Source: the human T2T-CHM13v2.0 reference genome, Homo sapiens
Assembly (NCBI RefSeq): GCF_009914755.1
Contig: NC_060927.1
Length of the DNA stretch: 64,000 bases
Strand: one strand, 5' to 3'
The notes beneath the pieces are model-generated. The model did no database searches, was not told the origin of the DNA, and worked only from the letters and a program-made list of their open reading frames with translations. How positions within the stretch are numbered: position 1 is the stretch's first letter; each line of letters starts with the position of its first letter. Position numbers and translations under genes: made by a program. Of this stretch, positions 12,901 to 28,924 are shown piece by piece.

Positions 12901-14297
12901 GCACCATTAAACCACATTTCCCCCCTTATAAATGCAACTGTTCAAGTACACTGGGAACAGTTTTAAGGTACACCTGCAGTACAATAGGAGAAGCATGAGT
13001 GGATAATCTAAACACAGGATCATAACAGTGATACGCTGCAACACCTCTGTGAATTCCATTAGCCAAGTTCTGTCATTAAAACATAGAAAACTACTGCTCC
13101 TCAAAATAAAAGTTTTAGGAAACAAAAATCCCTAAGTAGTGAACTGTTTTCCAAGCAGAGCTCCTAATGTTTCATTTCCTGTCCTACAACCAAAGGGGAC
13201 CCAGTGGAGCTGCCGTTTGGAAACGTGGCCAGCATCACATCACAACACGGAGGAATCAGAGAGGGCTCAGTGTGAAGAGGAAGGTGGATTTCACTGTTTT
13301 TCCTCAAATAGGTTGTCTGCTCTGGTGCAGTGCTGAATGGCACGCAATTACCTTGTTGCTTGGGCTGAGAACCTGTGAATGGGATTCATGTATTATTTTT
13401 ACTATTATAATTTACTAACCAAGTATCCCTAAGAAAATAACAGGATATTTTCATTTATGTTCAAGCCAACCTCCCCAAACAAAAAAATCTAGTGTCCAGA
13501 ATCATTTGGGGATCTTTTTACAATCTGGAATCCTAATTCTTATAACAGCTTCAAATCAACATCTTGACATAAGAGTTTTAAATTTTTTAATTTCTGGGGA
13601 CTTTCCTCCCTGCTGCCCAAATTTCATGAGCTATTAGAATATGACGGTCTGTCTGCAAATGGAATATTTGAGGAGAATGAGACATGTGATATACCTTTTT
13701 TCCTTGAGAATATGACATTCTTGTCCTTCCATTGTAAATTATCATTTTGAAAATGCAGAAAGCAAGCTAGCAGCCCTGCTGGGGAAGGGAGGTTTGTTTT
13801 GTTTTGTTTTGTTTTCCCAAGACCTTTTATCTTGCACCAGAGAATTTACAACTCATTTTGGTCATAGAAGCTGAATTGTGAATAGATTTCTACCACCCTC
13901 TTTCAACTGGAACCTACCCATCCCATATGATGGCATATTTGAGAAAAAGAAAATGTATTTCTTTACCTTCTGGATGTGTACCATGTCCACACAGCTAAGT
14001 TAGGGTATGTGTTATTTCCCCTTCATTCTATACTATCAAAAGAAGTCTTGTATTACCTTTTCAAAGATCCACAAAATAAATATTTTTCTTGGTTCCCACC
14101 CCCATTATTGCCAAATAATAATTATAATATTAATAATAAACCACAGAGTTCTTAGATGGTAACAGGAAAAAAAATGGTTCCGGTTGCAATTCTTGGGGAA
14201 AAATAAAAAATATTTCTAAAAACCAAAAACCAGAATCACTGTACTTTCTATAAATAAGCGGGTCCTGGGAGCGGGGCTGAGTGCTGGGTGGCACCCA
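9921..14297 (-). other. WNT5A: WNT5A 3'UTR (~4.4 kb, AU-rich)
   Basis: Runs from the stop codon to the ATTAAA/GU-rich site. No interspersed repeats recognised here, unlike the flanking DNA. Confidence 0.85.
12830..12872. repeat. (TA)n / TATATT microsatellite in the WNT5A 3'UTR
   Basis: Read directly from sequence. Confidence 0.9.
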
Positions 14298-14789
<492 letters not shown>

Positions 14790-17700
14790 TCATGGAGGAG
14801 CCAGATGCAGGCTATAGGAACAAAGTTCTCCTCGACCTTCTCCATGGAGCTATGTTCCCCAGCTGAATTAAGGACTGTATTATATTTCCTTCATTACCAG
14901 AAGTCTTGTGTTGCCTTCTTTAAAAATTCTTCCAAATAAATATGTTCTTAACCACTCATTATTATATCATTATCAACAACAACTGTGGTTTTTTAATAGG
15001 AACAGGAAAAAAAAATTGTTCCAGCTGTATTTTTTTCAGAGAAAGAGCAGCAGCAACATGTGGACACTCATCCCAGAGGTTGTTCACAATGCATTACCTG
15101 AATTAATCCCCCGTACCAGCTAGGTGAGAAGTGCTAGTATCATCCCATTTCACAGAGAAGGAAAGTGAGACCCAGAGAGATGAGCCACTCACCCAACTCC
15201 TGGGGAGTAAAGGTGCCAGGATTTGAACCCAGGCAGCTGGACTCCAAGCCCGTGCTTAGTGACTTGCCCATGGATATCCAGCCGGTAAGTGCAGAATTGG
15301 GAAGAGTCCAGCCCCAGTGGGATCAGGGTTCAAATCTTAACCCATTACTACTATTATTGCTGTGCACCAGGCACTATAAGTGTCCTTACACTCATGATCT
15401 CATTTAACCATCCCAGCAACATTATGACATGGGCTGGATTGGATGATGGCACAGTGATGCTGAGTGGCCTGCACAGGTCACACAGCTAAAGTGTGGGGGG
15501 ACTGCGCCTGGAACTCAGGTATCCTCACTCCTGTTTCCCACACAGTCCCTACCCCATCTACTACCCCCCTAGGCTAAGAGCACCCACCCTGGAGCCAAGC
15601 AACATAGATTGTGTTCCTGACTCTACCCTTGAATTCAGACAACAGGCTGCACCTTTCCGGGCCTCTGTTTTCTATCTGCGAAGGCAGCAGTGGTGGCACC
15701 AACCTCCAAGTGCTGTTATAAGGATAAAATTAGGGGAGATGTGGAAAGTGCTTGGCACTTAAGACACAGTAAATCTGGTCTTTCTTTAGGGTAACAACGG
15801 ACACACTCAGGAAATCTGGTCTTTCTCCAGAGTGACGAGGACACGGCATCTGGGCCCTTGCCCAGTCACCTTGGGCCTCCCAGTAGCAGTGCCCACGGGT
15901 CTGGCCCCATAACACTGTGCCCAGCAGTCTGGGAGGTGGTGGTTGCCTATTTATAGACTCTGCTGCCCACAGTTCCTTGTGCCAGTGACCCTCCAGAGTC
16001 CACGTGGTGTGAGTGTGCTGGAGAAGACCTGTCAGGAACCTGGAAGCTGGGGGTGCATCAGAAGGCCTCTTCCGCAGAGAACAGCCACCCTCTTCCTCCA
16101 GGGATTCACAGGGGCTCTTTTAAAGGGGGCCAAAGTGTACTCTCTTGGCATAAAGAGTTTCAGGCACTCAGCTAGTCTGAGGAAGGGTTTTGCAAATGTA
16201 TTTAACCTTTGCTCCCCACTGAGGAAAATTAAAAAGCTAACACCCCATGGAAATTCTAATATGATTTTCTGGCACAGTGCCCAAATTTCCATCCCCTAGC
16301 CCCACCATCCCAGAGAAAAAAAAACTGTCTTCTTCGTAACCTCACTCACCAAAATCCAAACTCAGCTCACTACTCCAATGATCAAATTTACCCCAAAAAA
16401 ACTCGCTACTAAAAAAATGCAGAAGTGTAACATTATAGGTGCTTTTCAAACTTCCCCAATCCTCTCTTGCCACTTGGAAATCCCTTGACCCGCTCTTCTT
16501 GGTTGCCAAGCCTCTGATGATTTCTGGACATGAGAGAAGGCTAAGAAAGTCCCAAAGATGGATGAGAATATCAAATATGGGCATACCCCTGGATAGGGGC
16601 CTTTAAGAGTCAGACACATCTCTCTTTTTGAGGCATTTCTGATCTGAGGCACTGGGCATGTCATATATAGAGATCCCAGCGATACATCCCTGAAGAGGGT
16701 GATAGCAAGGTTTTATGGGCTTCCAGAGAGAATGGGGCTGACCCTACCCCCCCCAAATTTTCATGTGGCTCTGGGTCCACCACAGAAGAGGCATCCCACA
16801 CTGCAGACACCATGGCAGTGAGAGGCCTGAGAAAGGAGAGGCCACACTCTGTCTGTGGCAATTATTTGACCCCTCATGGCAGTACAGGCAAAATTCTGTA
16901 GAGTTTAGTCCTTCCCCGGAACACCCAAATGTTTAACAACAAATTTGAGAAGATAAGCTAGCTGGAATTATCTACACGATCTTTGACTTCTCTATGTCCT
17001 TTGCCTATAATGTTTTAGAAGTTATCATCTATCAAGCACTTACTACTGGCGGACACTAAACTAAGACCTTTAATTAAACCAAATGAAATTGTTATTTTGT
17101 AATAAAAAAGAGTCAAGTGTTCACAATTTCACATGGTTCAACCTACTAGATGATCTCACTGAGGCCTCACAATAACCTCAGGTAATTGTAATTGCCATGG
17201 CCATTTAACAGATGTGGAAATGGGAAAACTGAGGCTCAGAAAAAGCAAAGAACAGACAACACTGCATTTTAACCCAGATTTCTCTAATTCCCGAACTGCT
17301 AGCTCTTCATCTCTTAGCTGTGATGCATGAATTCAATAAAAACGTACCTAGGCTTATATTTCCATTCTTTAATTTTCTTCCATGGTCATGAAGTGGTTTT
17401 CTGGGCCTCAGTTTCCTAGTCTTTCAAATGAGTGTGGGGCCAGAGTCTTCTAAGGCTCCGTCCAGTCCTCTACAGTTTACTCTGTGATTAACTTCCTTCT
17501 CCCTCACCCCAAAATACAGAAGAGTGAAATCTCTGACCAGAAAGTTCCTGGCACCTACCTTGGGTTCTGTGAAAAAATAATGGCCCTGGTTTTCAATGCT
17601 GCCAAAGTTAAGAAAAGTTTTCACCCCTTCATTTTAAAGCAGCCATAAAGTGCCATGTGTTTAACCGCAGGAAAAAAAGGGTCTTTTTAACTATTGAGAA

Positions 17701-18137
17701 GTAGCTTTTCATATCCCCACCAGGGGAAGGAAAGAGCGGGAACCAGGAGACTCGTGAGGACTGCAAAGATGGTCCTCCCTGGGTACTTCTGCTGCTCTCT
17801 TCTCTCCAGAGCTACTTTGTGATTGGCCTGATGGTCAGACCTATAAAATCCCACACTGCTAAAAATGCTGTCCTTTTCCTAGAAAAGCCCTTTTTTAAAA
17901 AAACCCTCCATCCATCAGGCCTGCTACCTAATGACATAAAGAGAGGCAGGGAGAAAGAAAGGAGGGAAAGAGCCTCAAAGCTGGGGTGAGGGCTTTCCCA
18001 TCTGGGCACCTACGAAGACAGAAAAATCCCTGTCCCAAACTGAAAGCCAACCACAGACATCGTCCAGGCAGGAGGGAGAAAGTTATTCCCATTTTTATTT
18101 CTGTGCTCCAGTAGCCAAAGGTACCAGGGACTAACTA

Positions 18138-19301
<1,164 letters not shown>

Positions 19302-22300
19302 TCAGCCATTTCAGAGCTGCAGGCCAGATTCTAAGCAGTGCTGGATTGATTTTCTCTGCAACTCTTTTGAAAATAGTCAAAACTTGCTATTTGCAAAAAT
19401 GCACATGAAAGAAGTCATTGAAGGAACACTCAGAATATGGGTAGACTTCCTTACACTTATTTTAATATTAAGTATTATTTTCATTTGAGTTACATATAAG
19501 GCAGGATTACAGAATTTGCTAGGCCTTGAATCTAAGGGAGACACTGCCAGCGGCCACACTAGTTTCTGCCACACTCATTTTGGCCTTGTGTCCCCTCCTC
19601 CTCTGGCAGTTGTAACCTCTCCTCCCTCTTCCTTCATGCAGCAGAAAGTATTTCTCAGGACAAGTCTCTTTACTTTCCCAGAGGACAATTCTAAATCAGC
19701 TCATAGAGAGTTATAAATGAAGCTTGCTATTCTTAAATCCCAGGCTCATTGGCCTGATACTTCTCATTCAAGAATGAGTGTCTGCTTTTAAAACAGCCTG
19801 TTGTTCTTCAATGCCACTTCTGCAGACACCCCCTGCCCACTCCCCCACTGCCTTTGCCACAAAGTGTTAGAATGACAGCAAGAAGGAAAAAAGCACAACC
19901 TATGGGGAAAAGAGGGAGGGAGAAGTTATCTTCTTCCCAAAACTAGTAAAGAATATCTCCCCATATAATAGTTACAGGGACCCTATTTGTAAGGAGAAAA
20001 CTGGAGGCTATCATAGAGTACCCTAAACTTCGCTTGTACATGGAGACATTTCTGCATGTAACAAGAGCTAGTTAATAAAAGTACTGTAATCTGAGAGAGA
20101 AAGGGTTATCATCCAGCCAGCTGAAGCGTGGGGTAGGGGTGGGATTGGGGGGCAGGCTCACTTTCCTCAATTGCAAAATAAGGGTACTGAAATACATGCA
20201 AGGAAAGGGGCCTCTTCTGGTGCTGAAATTCATGTACCGCAATCAGTTTATCCTATACTTACTTTGAGAGCTTGCTAACAATCTTTTTTCTGAGGGGGAA
20301 GTGAGGAGCACAAGAAAAGCTGACAACAGGACTCAGTCTGAACGAGAAGGGTCATTCTGCAGGAGGACAGCGATGCCAGTTTAAGCATCCAGCAGGCCAC
20401 CTCATTCTTGGTCTTCTGCTCCATGCCAGTCACAGCCATTTGTGAATGGTGATGGTTCTGATTTACCATATATCCTCCCCCTCCCATATTTTCAAAATGA
20501 ATGACTTGAAGGTGTGTGCTGGTGGTTGGCAGGAGGATCTAGAAAGTTCCTGTGATGCGTTACACCTATCTAGCGGGATTAGAGAGGCAGAGCACATCAG
20601 GGGAATGGAAAGGAATGAGGACAATATACAGCTTCTAGGGAGTAATTTGATAGTACAGAAAATGCTGTGGCCCTGGATGGGGGATTTGTAGAACAAAGTA
20701 GCTAGAGGAAGAGGAGATGAAGAGGAGAAGAAATGATCCTCTGGGGATAGAGGAAAATAAGACACTGTCCTTTGAGTATACAGAGCATAAGAAGGCTTTA
20801 TACAAAACACAAACAATGCTTCTTTTTTCATAAGTCTATCTTGAGCATTTCCTTTTATGCCGCAGAATACAAACCTGGGAGATCCCTCTAAGCTAATTGG
20901 TCACTGCAGGGTAAACGTCAGTTTGAAAAGTATTCTTTGGCTAATTGCCTGAGGATACAGTCATCCTGGTTGGAATACTGCTGATTCAGTTAGGTTTCCC
21001 TTCCTGTGAAACCCACATCTACTCCGATCCTCACACCCCTTACAAATGGTGCCTTCCTTACATATCTTTTCACAGCATGGAAACAAAGAAGAGACAGATG
21101 GGGACAAAAGCTGGAAGGAAAGGGTAGCATGATGAAAAATGAGAAACTCTCCAAAATGAAGAGTGGGCCCTTCATGAAGTAATTGTGCATGGTGCCTCCA
21201 AGGCAACTGGCATCTTAGAAAAATGAGTTGAGGAGGGGGTCAGAGGTGGCGGCCTGAATTTCTCAGACACTGGCCCCATCACAGGGTCAAATTCTCACAA
21301 AGAAGAATTATTCTCAATGTCCTTGGTGTGCTGAGGGCTTTGGGGTGGGCACACACACACACACCTTTTGGCATCAAAGGTATTTTAAATTTTCCCTTAG
21401 CTCATTCTCTTCAAATACACTCTTAAGTGGAAAAGTGAAAGCAAAGAAATTTTCCAACTATTGGAATTGGATCCATGTTCCTCTTTCATAAAAATCTATT
21501 GTTTTCTCTTCTCTCCTGTCTCTTTTTTAATTAAGTAAAAAACAGAAGGCCCCATCAGTGTCCCACCACAAGCCACCCAGCAGCAGCTTTCAGCTCTGAG
21601 ACGCTAGGCACTTGGGGGACCTTTTGCAGGGGAGGATGCCATATGTGCTCTCATCTTCCCAGGACATCAGCTGACTTGATGATAGTATCTAGGAGGGCTG
21701 TCTCAGAGGGTGTGGAGAGGTACCACTCCCATCCACTTCCCATCGACCCAGACAGTAGTGCCGTGCAGCTGAAGACCAGAGAGCATACTTTCCAGGGACA
21801 ATTAAATACAGGCTTTTGTACCAAGGGTTCTGCTTGTTCCCTGAGGAAGCAGACTCTTTGAATCTTGGACCGCATTTAAAATAAATCTCCAGCAGAACTC
21901 AAATTCACTTAGCAAATGATAGCTTATTCTGAACATTTTGGCCCAAAACAGGCTACGTATGAAAACGAGAGGAGGATCTTAAATCAAAGCTGTGTTCAAG
22001 TGACTACACAGATAAACAGTTCCGATTGCTGTTTTCCTTCCTGGTTACCATCAGAGGTGTATGATTTTTGCTAACTCATATACATGTGAAAAAGTAGTCC
22101 CATAGGTTGAGAGGAAGGCAGTTTAGGAGGAACATAGAAGAAGGGGGAAAAGTTACCATCCTCATAGAATTTTTCAAAAGTATTTAAGTTCCCTTACAAT
22201 ATCAACACACGGGAGAATAAATCTACCACACTCCCAGTTAACTACATAAGACAGCCCACAGTCAGGGAAAACTCCTGTGTTCCTGAAGCTTAACTCTTAG

Positions 22301-23493
22301 ATTCAGATCCCAGTATATACATTAGCACATTTTAATCATTAACAGAAAGGACAAAGCCCCATGAAACTTTGCAGGCTGAGGCTACAGGCCATTCTCCCAT
22401 TCAGTCAGAGGAACAGCTTCCAGTCTTGTATTATTTTAGTTTATAAAACCACTTGGCTCAAACATCCCCTGACAACTCTTTTTTGTTCTCAATGAATGTA
22501 ATTTTCGGGGTTTTTTTTTTAATAAAAAATGCATTTTATCCATCTGTGATGGACATTAAGCCAACTTTTCTCTTCAGTCAGTATAGACAGTTAATTGCCT
22601 TGATAAATTGCTTCTTACTTTGGGAGTCACTGCAGTCATATTAATTATAAGGGCTTTTTTGCATAAAAGTAGAGAAACCTAAAATATTCACACTAGAAAA
22701 CATACATTGGACCACATCTGTCAAATAGTATCCTATACTATTTAAACAAAAGCAGAGGCAAACAAACAGATTTTTTAAAATCTTTGCCTTTAGCCCATTT
22801 GAAATGCTATCTCTTTGAATGGGGAAGTAAGACATTCAACAACGTATTTAAAATGAAGAATCGGACTGTGAGCAATACTCTTAATTTTTTTTTCAAGTTC
22901 CTAGGTTGACATCCCAAGCATGTGCTTTTATTATATCAATTGCTGACATCACAAACATAAATTGGATCACTTTTAATTAAAATTCTTTCTGGGACTAAAA
23001 ATAAAGCTTTTAACGTCTATATCTTTATAGCCTCAGGAAATAGTTCTATTAGGAAAATTAAAACTTTGTTCACTTTCAATATATCCAGGATTCTAAAAGA
23101 CGGCAACTTTTAGTTCGATGCTCGGGCCGTTTCAATTGTGGCTTAAAAAACTAACAGGCAAGAGAGTTTCGACGTTTAAAAGCATATACATGACTTGCTT
23201 CCCCCACCTACTCTTAAGAAACCAAAATAAGTGTTCTGCTTCTATTTTAAACAAAATGCTTTATAGAAAAATTAAGTGTTTGCAAAAATGAAGGTGTCTG
23301 TGATACTTGCCTCCTGATTTGATTAAAATCCAAAACTTATCATCAGGTGTAGGGACAGGAATTAACATCATTTGCTATAATGACAAAAATGCCCAAGCCA
23401 CCACCCGAGCTGGAAGGCATCCTCCTTCATGCTTTCTATCAAGCATGAAGTAAATGCTAAGGATTTCTTCTAGGAAAAAAAGTTAATGTTTTA

Positions 23494-23793
<300 letters not shown>

Positions 23794-24989
23794 TCAAGAT
23801 TTACGTGAAATCTCGAGGTGGGCCCCCTGAAAGCATGTCAGCAATACATAGTTTTAAGCACACAGATGCTTTTTTCTCTCCTGCTTGTCCTCATGACAAA
23901 GTATGAGAAGGGCTTCATAAAACTCCTCTGTTTAAACTGCACTCAGAAAACGGAGGTATTGTGCAGTCCCCATCCTGCCATCTGGCTCCTCAGTTAGTAT
24001 TTTCACTCCCTTCCTAGCCCCTGTCACCATATACCTGAACCAGTATTTCCAAAATCCACTCAGAAAAGGAGGAAACAGCAGTTTGAGGGACAGGCCTCTG
24101 ACATTAGAGAAAGTGACCCACTTTGCCCCACAAATTGGACCAATCTGCCTTGAAAACTTATGAATGCTGAAAGTAGACACAATTAGATACGGGTAGGAGA
24201 TAGCAGTTCCTTTTGACTGATGGAAGAACAGAGGGACAAGTATACAGACTGGAGAAAATTCACCATGTTTCTTGACATTTTAAAAGGGCTCCTTATGTGA
24301 TTGTGAGGGACCCAAGACAGGGTACCCAGTGAACAGAAGTCATGTTTGACAGTCAGAAAAATGCTGTTCATTTACAGGGAAAAAAATACCCAGAATGCCG
24401 TCAAAAATAATCCTCTGGATATATTACAGTCTATCTACAAGGCCCCTACCCAGAAAGAAACCCCCACTTGGGGACATTTGACTACTTCAAGTTAACCTCC
24501 TTTTGATTACATTTCAAGCCCCAATACTTCTGCACTTGGAGTGTAGCTGTCCTCCTAGAACTCTGCCTAATTCAAACTCTGTAGGTTAATAATAATCTCG
24601 AGTAACAGAAGATAAAGGCTGAAACTCACTTTTACTACCTAGAGGTGGCAAAAAGTAAATTTTGTAGATAGGCTTACAATTACTAGCAAAGTGAATTTCT
24701 GTTCTTTTTTATTGCATGATGTACTACAAGCACACGTCTGAACAAGGGCTTCATAGAAACAGGCCTAGATTTATAGTTTCCCATTCCCTAGGAGCTGAAG
24801 ATAAGCTTTACAATATTAACAAGTTAAAAGAAAATTCTGATTTAAAACTATATATAAGTAAAATGTATACATATGTCTTGCAATAAATACACCCACACTC
24901 ACTATCCAGCATTAAATATTGCCGCATCATACAAACAAATCTTTAAAAAAGAAAAAGAAGAGGAAGAACACGCACATAGAATGAACTTA

Positions 24990-25151
<162 letters not shown>

Positions 25152-25339
25152 TTATTGCCTCTCAGATAATTTTCAAGCATACAAGTTTAAACAACGGAAG
25201 CATCCGGGGTCTCTTAAGTTTACTGTTGATTGACTGCGCTTCTCCTCCGTGAGTTTTTTGATGGCAAGATATAGGCAGTTTCTTTTTCCAAATTAATCCA
25301 CCCACGCAACCTCACCAGGAAATCTGATTTCGCTGGGAT

Positions 25340-28300
25340 CCTGTGCGCGGGGCACGCCAGCGATTACAAACGTGTCTCAATTCTGTTGAGTCAAAGCCCT
25401 GGTGCCAGGCGCTGCCTCCTTCCTGCTCGCTCGAGTCCCGCACCCCCTGGCCCCCCTCTAGTTGGTGCTGTGCTCAGTCCCTCCTGGGTAATTCACTCAG
25501 GAACCCGCTGCGGCCACCCTCCGTCCTCTCCCCAACCTGGGCCGAGCAACAAGTGGAGCCAGAATTAATTCCATGGGCGAGAGGAGCACGGAGGCGAGTG
25601 GAGCGCGCTGCCGCCAGAGGCTGCCAAGGAGGCGGGGTGGCCAGCGCGGGGGGTGGAGGATGGGGGCAGGACGCGGGAGGGAAGGGCAGGGGGTGGGGGG
25701 CGAGGCCCCGGGGACCAGCGCGCGAGAGTGCCCAGCTGGGAAATGCAGCTCCGAATTAACATCGTATGTTTCATAATCAGTTTACGAGCCGATGTGGGGA
25801 AAGCCACTTCCAGATGGGGAAGAGCAGCCCGGATTTCCTTAAGGACGTTCTTCAGCCAGACTAGGGAGGGGAGAAGGAGATGGGGGCCCTAGGGGATAAT
25901 GGAGAGAGAGGTCGGGTCTCCCAACCAAGGAAACTGGAAAAGAGTGCCACCCTCGCCCGCGTCGCCTGTGGCCTCTTCCACGGACTGAGAGAAGGGATGG
26001 AACCCTAGAGGAAAGAAGGGAGTCTGGGTCTCGCTTCCCCGGGGAGAAGATCCCTTCCCTGCCCTCCCCACAGCTTTCTCCCAAATTCTGATTTTTCACT
26101 CTCCCTCCCACCCCACACCTGGCAGCTGCCAGGGAGGGAGGAGATGGGAGGCCCAGAGAGACTCCAGTTTCCCTTGGTCCTGATCTGGGGTTGTGGGCCA
26201 CTTTGCCATCGCGGCACTGCGAGCCTGTCGTTGGAACTCTGCCACCCTGCCTCCAGTCTAGCCTCTCCAGCCCAACTCAGACTTGGTTCGGTCAGTGCCG
26301 AAAGGTGGGGGTGCGGGGCGAGGCCAGAGCCCTTGCAGATGAGTCCAGACGGGGCCAGAGGCGCTGGCTTCCGAGCCGCAGCTGGGCGCATCGATTCCAG
26401 GGCAAAGAGGCCCCCAGCGGCGAAGGTTCCCTTCCTGAAGAATTTCAGGGGTAGGAGTTGGCCTTGGAAGCTTCCGCTGCCGTTCCTCCCCACTGGTGAC
26501 TTCTCCACCTGTAGGCGGCGGCGGAGCGAGTAGGTGGCGGGTGCGGGTGGGAGGAGCGGGTTTTAAAAATCCCCTTACACGTAAGTCTAACCCTGCCGCA
26601 CTGCATCGCCCATAGCCCCTGAAGGAGCCCCTTCCACAGAAAAGAAAAGAAAGGTGAGCCTCTTTAAGGCGGTGGAAGAGCCTGGCTTGGAACCTGTGCC
26701 GTAAAAGGGGCAGAGGGGACCTAGGCAGCCCTGGTAAAGCTATGGGGCTCAGGGGCGTGCCAAGGTTTTTCTCCGTGAGCCGCCCCTTTGGCCTGGACGC
26801 TTCGGGGCTTCTCAAAGAGGAAATGCTTATGTGGTCCCCAGCGCCTGCTAAGCAGGGCTCCACACCCAAGGCCCAGTTGTCCCCAAAACGCTGCAAAGCT
26901 GGGGGGCGCATCCTGGAGAATGGAAATCTGGGGTTTCCCCAGCTAGGAGAGAGAAGGCTCCGGCTATCTCCCCACCCCCGCCCTAAGTGTCAAATTTCCT
27001 CCAGGGGAGGGAGTGGGCTGCAAAGTCTGCTTCTCGCGCAGCCCAGGCTGCAAAGTCAACTCTCCCCAAGGGCAGCCGATGCCGCGTGCACACACATCAT
27101 ACACATTCACACTCGTGCACATTTACACACTCACACGCGTGCATAGACACACACGCTGCGACATGTTTCCGAGTCAGCGGCCCAGATTGGTGCTGGCCGC
27201 GTGCACTTTCCAAGCTTCGCGGCGGGCGGGGCGCGTGGGGCGGGGCTCAAGCAGCAGAGAAATTGATAACAGATTCGGCGGATTACAGCGGATCTCTTTG
27301 TTAGAGCCGAAGCCACACAAACCGAACCCACTCCCAGCCCGAAGCCCCCAGGGAGAGTCCACCAGTTCCCAGAGCCCAGGCCAACTGAGAGCGGGCCCAT
27401 CCGGTCACCAAGACTTGGGTCTCCCTGGCTCCAGGGTAGAGGTAGGCAGAGGGTGTCCCAAAGGGGGATCGGAAAGGAGAGCCTCACGAGTCGCATCTCC
27501 ACTTAACCCCGCCGCTTGCCCGGAAACACCTTGGCCCTCTTCCCTCTTCAATCCCAGTGCAACCGAGAAAAGGCCCCACAAGTTTGAGACACTCAAAGAA
27601 CTCACAGCGAACTCACACATACATCGGCTCTGTAGGGTAAAACATCCCCGCCTGTTTACCAAGAGATCAGATCCGAAAAGACAGTATGAAATGAGACCTC
27701 TGGGGAGACTGTCAACCCCAGGGGTAAAACAAAAATTCTGATCAGAAACTGAGTTTCCCAAAGAAGGGGCTAAATGTTTTCCAACACTTTCGGGGCTCAG
27801 GGAAGATGACTCTGTAAGGACACTGAGAATCTTCCTCGCGTGCCACGGGGAGGAGGACTGGGGGCGTTTGAGGGGCTCAGCGCACCAGAGGAGTGAGGTG
27901 GAGGAGGGCGTTCCCGCGTCCTCCTCTTCAATCCAGAGCAGCTCAACGACGTGGCTCCCTTTCTATGTATCCCTCAAAGCCTTCGCGTCGGATTAAAGGT
28001 GTTCTTGATCCTTCTTTACCAACCACGGTGCGGGCCAGGCGTGATGAGGGATGAGGGAGAGGAAACCTCAGTAGCAAAATTGTTCAGAGGACGTTCGGAG
28101 GGCGCGGGGAGCAGCCGGATGCACACCTAAAGTCTCGCAACACCCAACTCCTCCTCCGCAGGCAGTCCCTTAAGAGAATAGATAAAAAGGCCAAGCAAAG
28201 ATCCTCTCCCCTCGGCCCCGGGGCACTGCCACATTCAGTCTAGGCATCCCCTTCTGCTAGACTCTCTACGTTTAGGCCCCAAGTTTCTGGGAGTGAAACG

Positions 28301-28700
28301 ATGAGGGACGCCAAATAGGCGGAAGAAGCCCATTTGACCCAGGCTTATGGCAGCGAAGGGGAGGATGGGAAACTCCAAAAAGAATCTCCACTCTTGGTGG
28401 AAAAAGAAAGCTGTTTTCCCCACTCTGATCTCTCCCTAAAGCAAGGAGAGAGATGCAGAAACTAGCAGGAGAGCACTCAGTTGCAGCCAAAAACTTGGGA
28501 CGTCCTGCCCTGGAGAATGCGGGGAGCGGCGCGAGGAGCTAAAGAATGGGCCGGCCCAGGCGGGTAGGAGGTCCGCTTTAGGGGAGCAGACAAAGGAGCC
28601 ACTACTCCCTAAGCCTCACGCCTGGGCGCAAGGGTTGTGTCCACAGCAATATGTGTGTTGGCGCGCGCGGAGCGGGGTAGGGGAGGAGGGAATTGCCAGA
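25340..28700. promoter_or_regulatory. CpG-rich intron 1 region including promoter B
   Basis: Dense CpG. GC boxes at 27223-27245 and an inverted CCAAT (ATTGG) at ~27186-27190. Confidence 0.75.
25537..25600 (-). other. WNT5A: WNT5A alternative exon 1b (promoter B; short 365-aa isoform from Met16)
   Basis: Donor CCCAG|GTTGGG at 25536. Matches the recalled isoform-B leader ...GGCTCCACTTGTTGCTCGGCCCAG. The 5' boundary is approximate. Confidence 0.7.
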
Positions 28701-28889
28701 TAGAGAAGGCGGAGGTTACACCTTGAGCCAGAATCAGTATGACAAAAGAGAGCCGCCCAGGCCTCAACACTGACAGCAGGTTCCAGGTTCGGGTATAGAG
28801 AGGCCCCAGGGGAAGAACGGTCTGGCCTGGTTCTCCTCTGTTTCCTGCCCCCTCGTCCATCCCTTAGACTGGGCTTTCCAGGCCCCAGG

Positions 28890-28891
<2 letters not shown>

Positions 28892-28923
<32 letters not shown>
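28892..28923. repeat. (CA)16 microsatellite
   Basis: Read directly from sequence. Confidence 0.95.
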
Positions 28924-28924
<1 letters not shown>

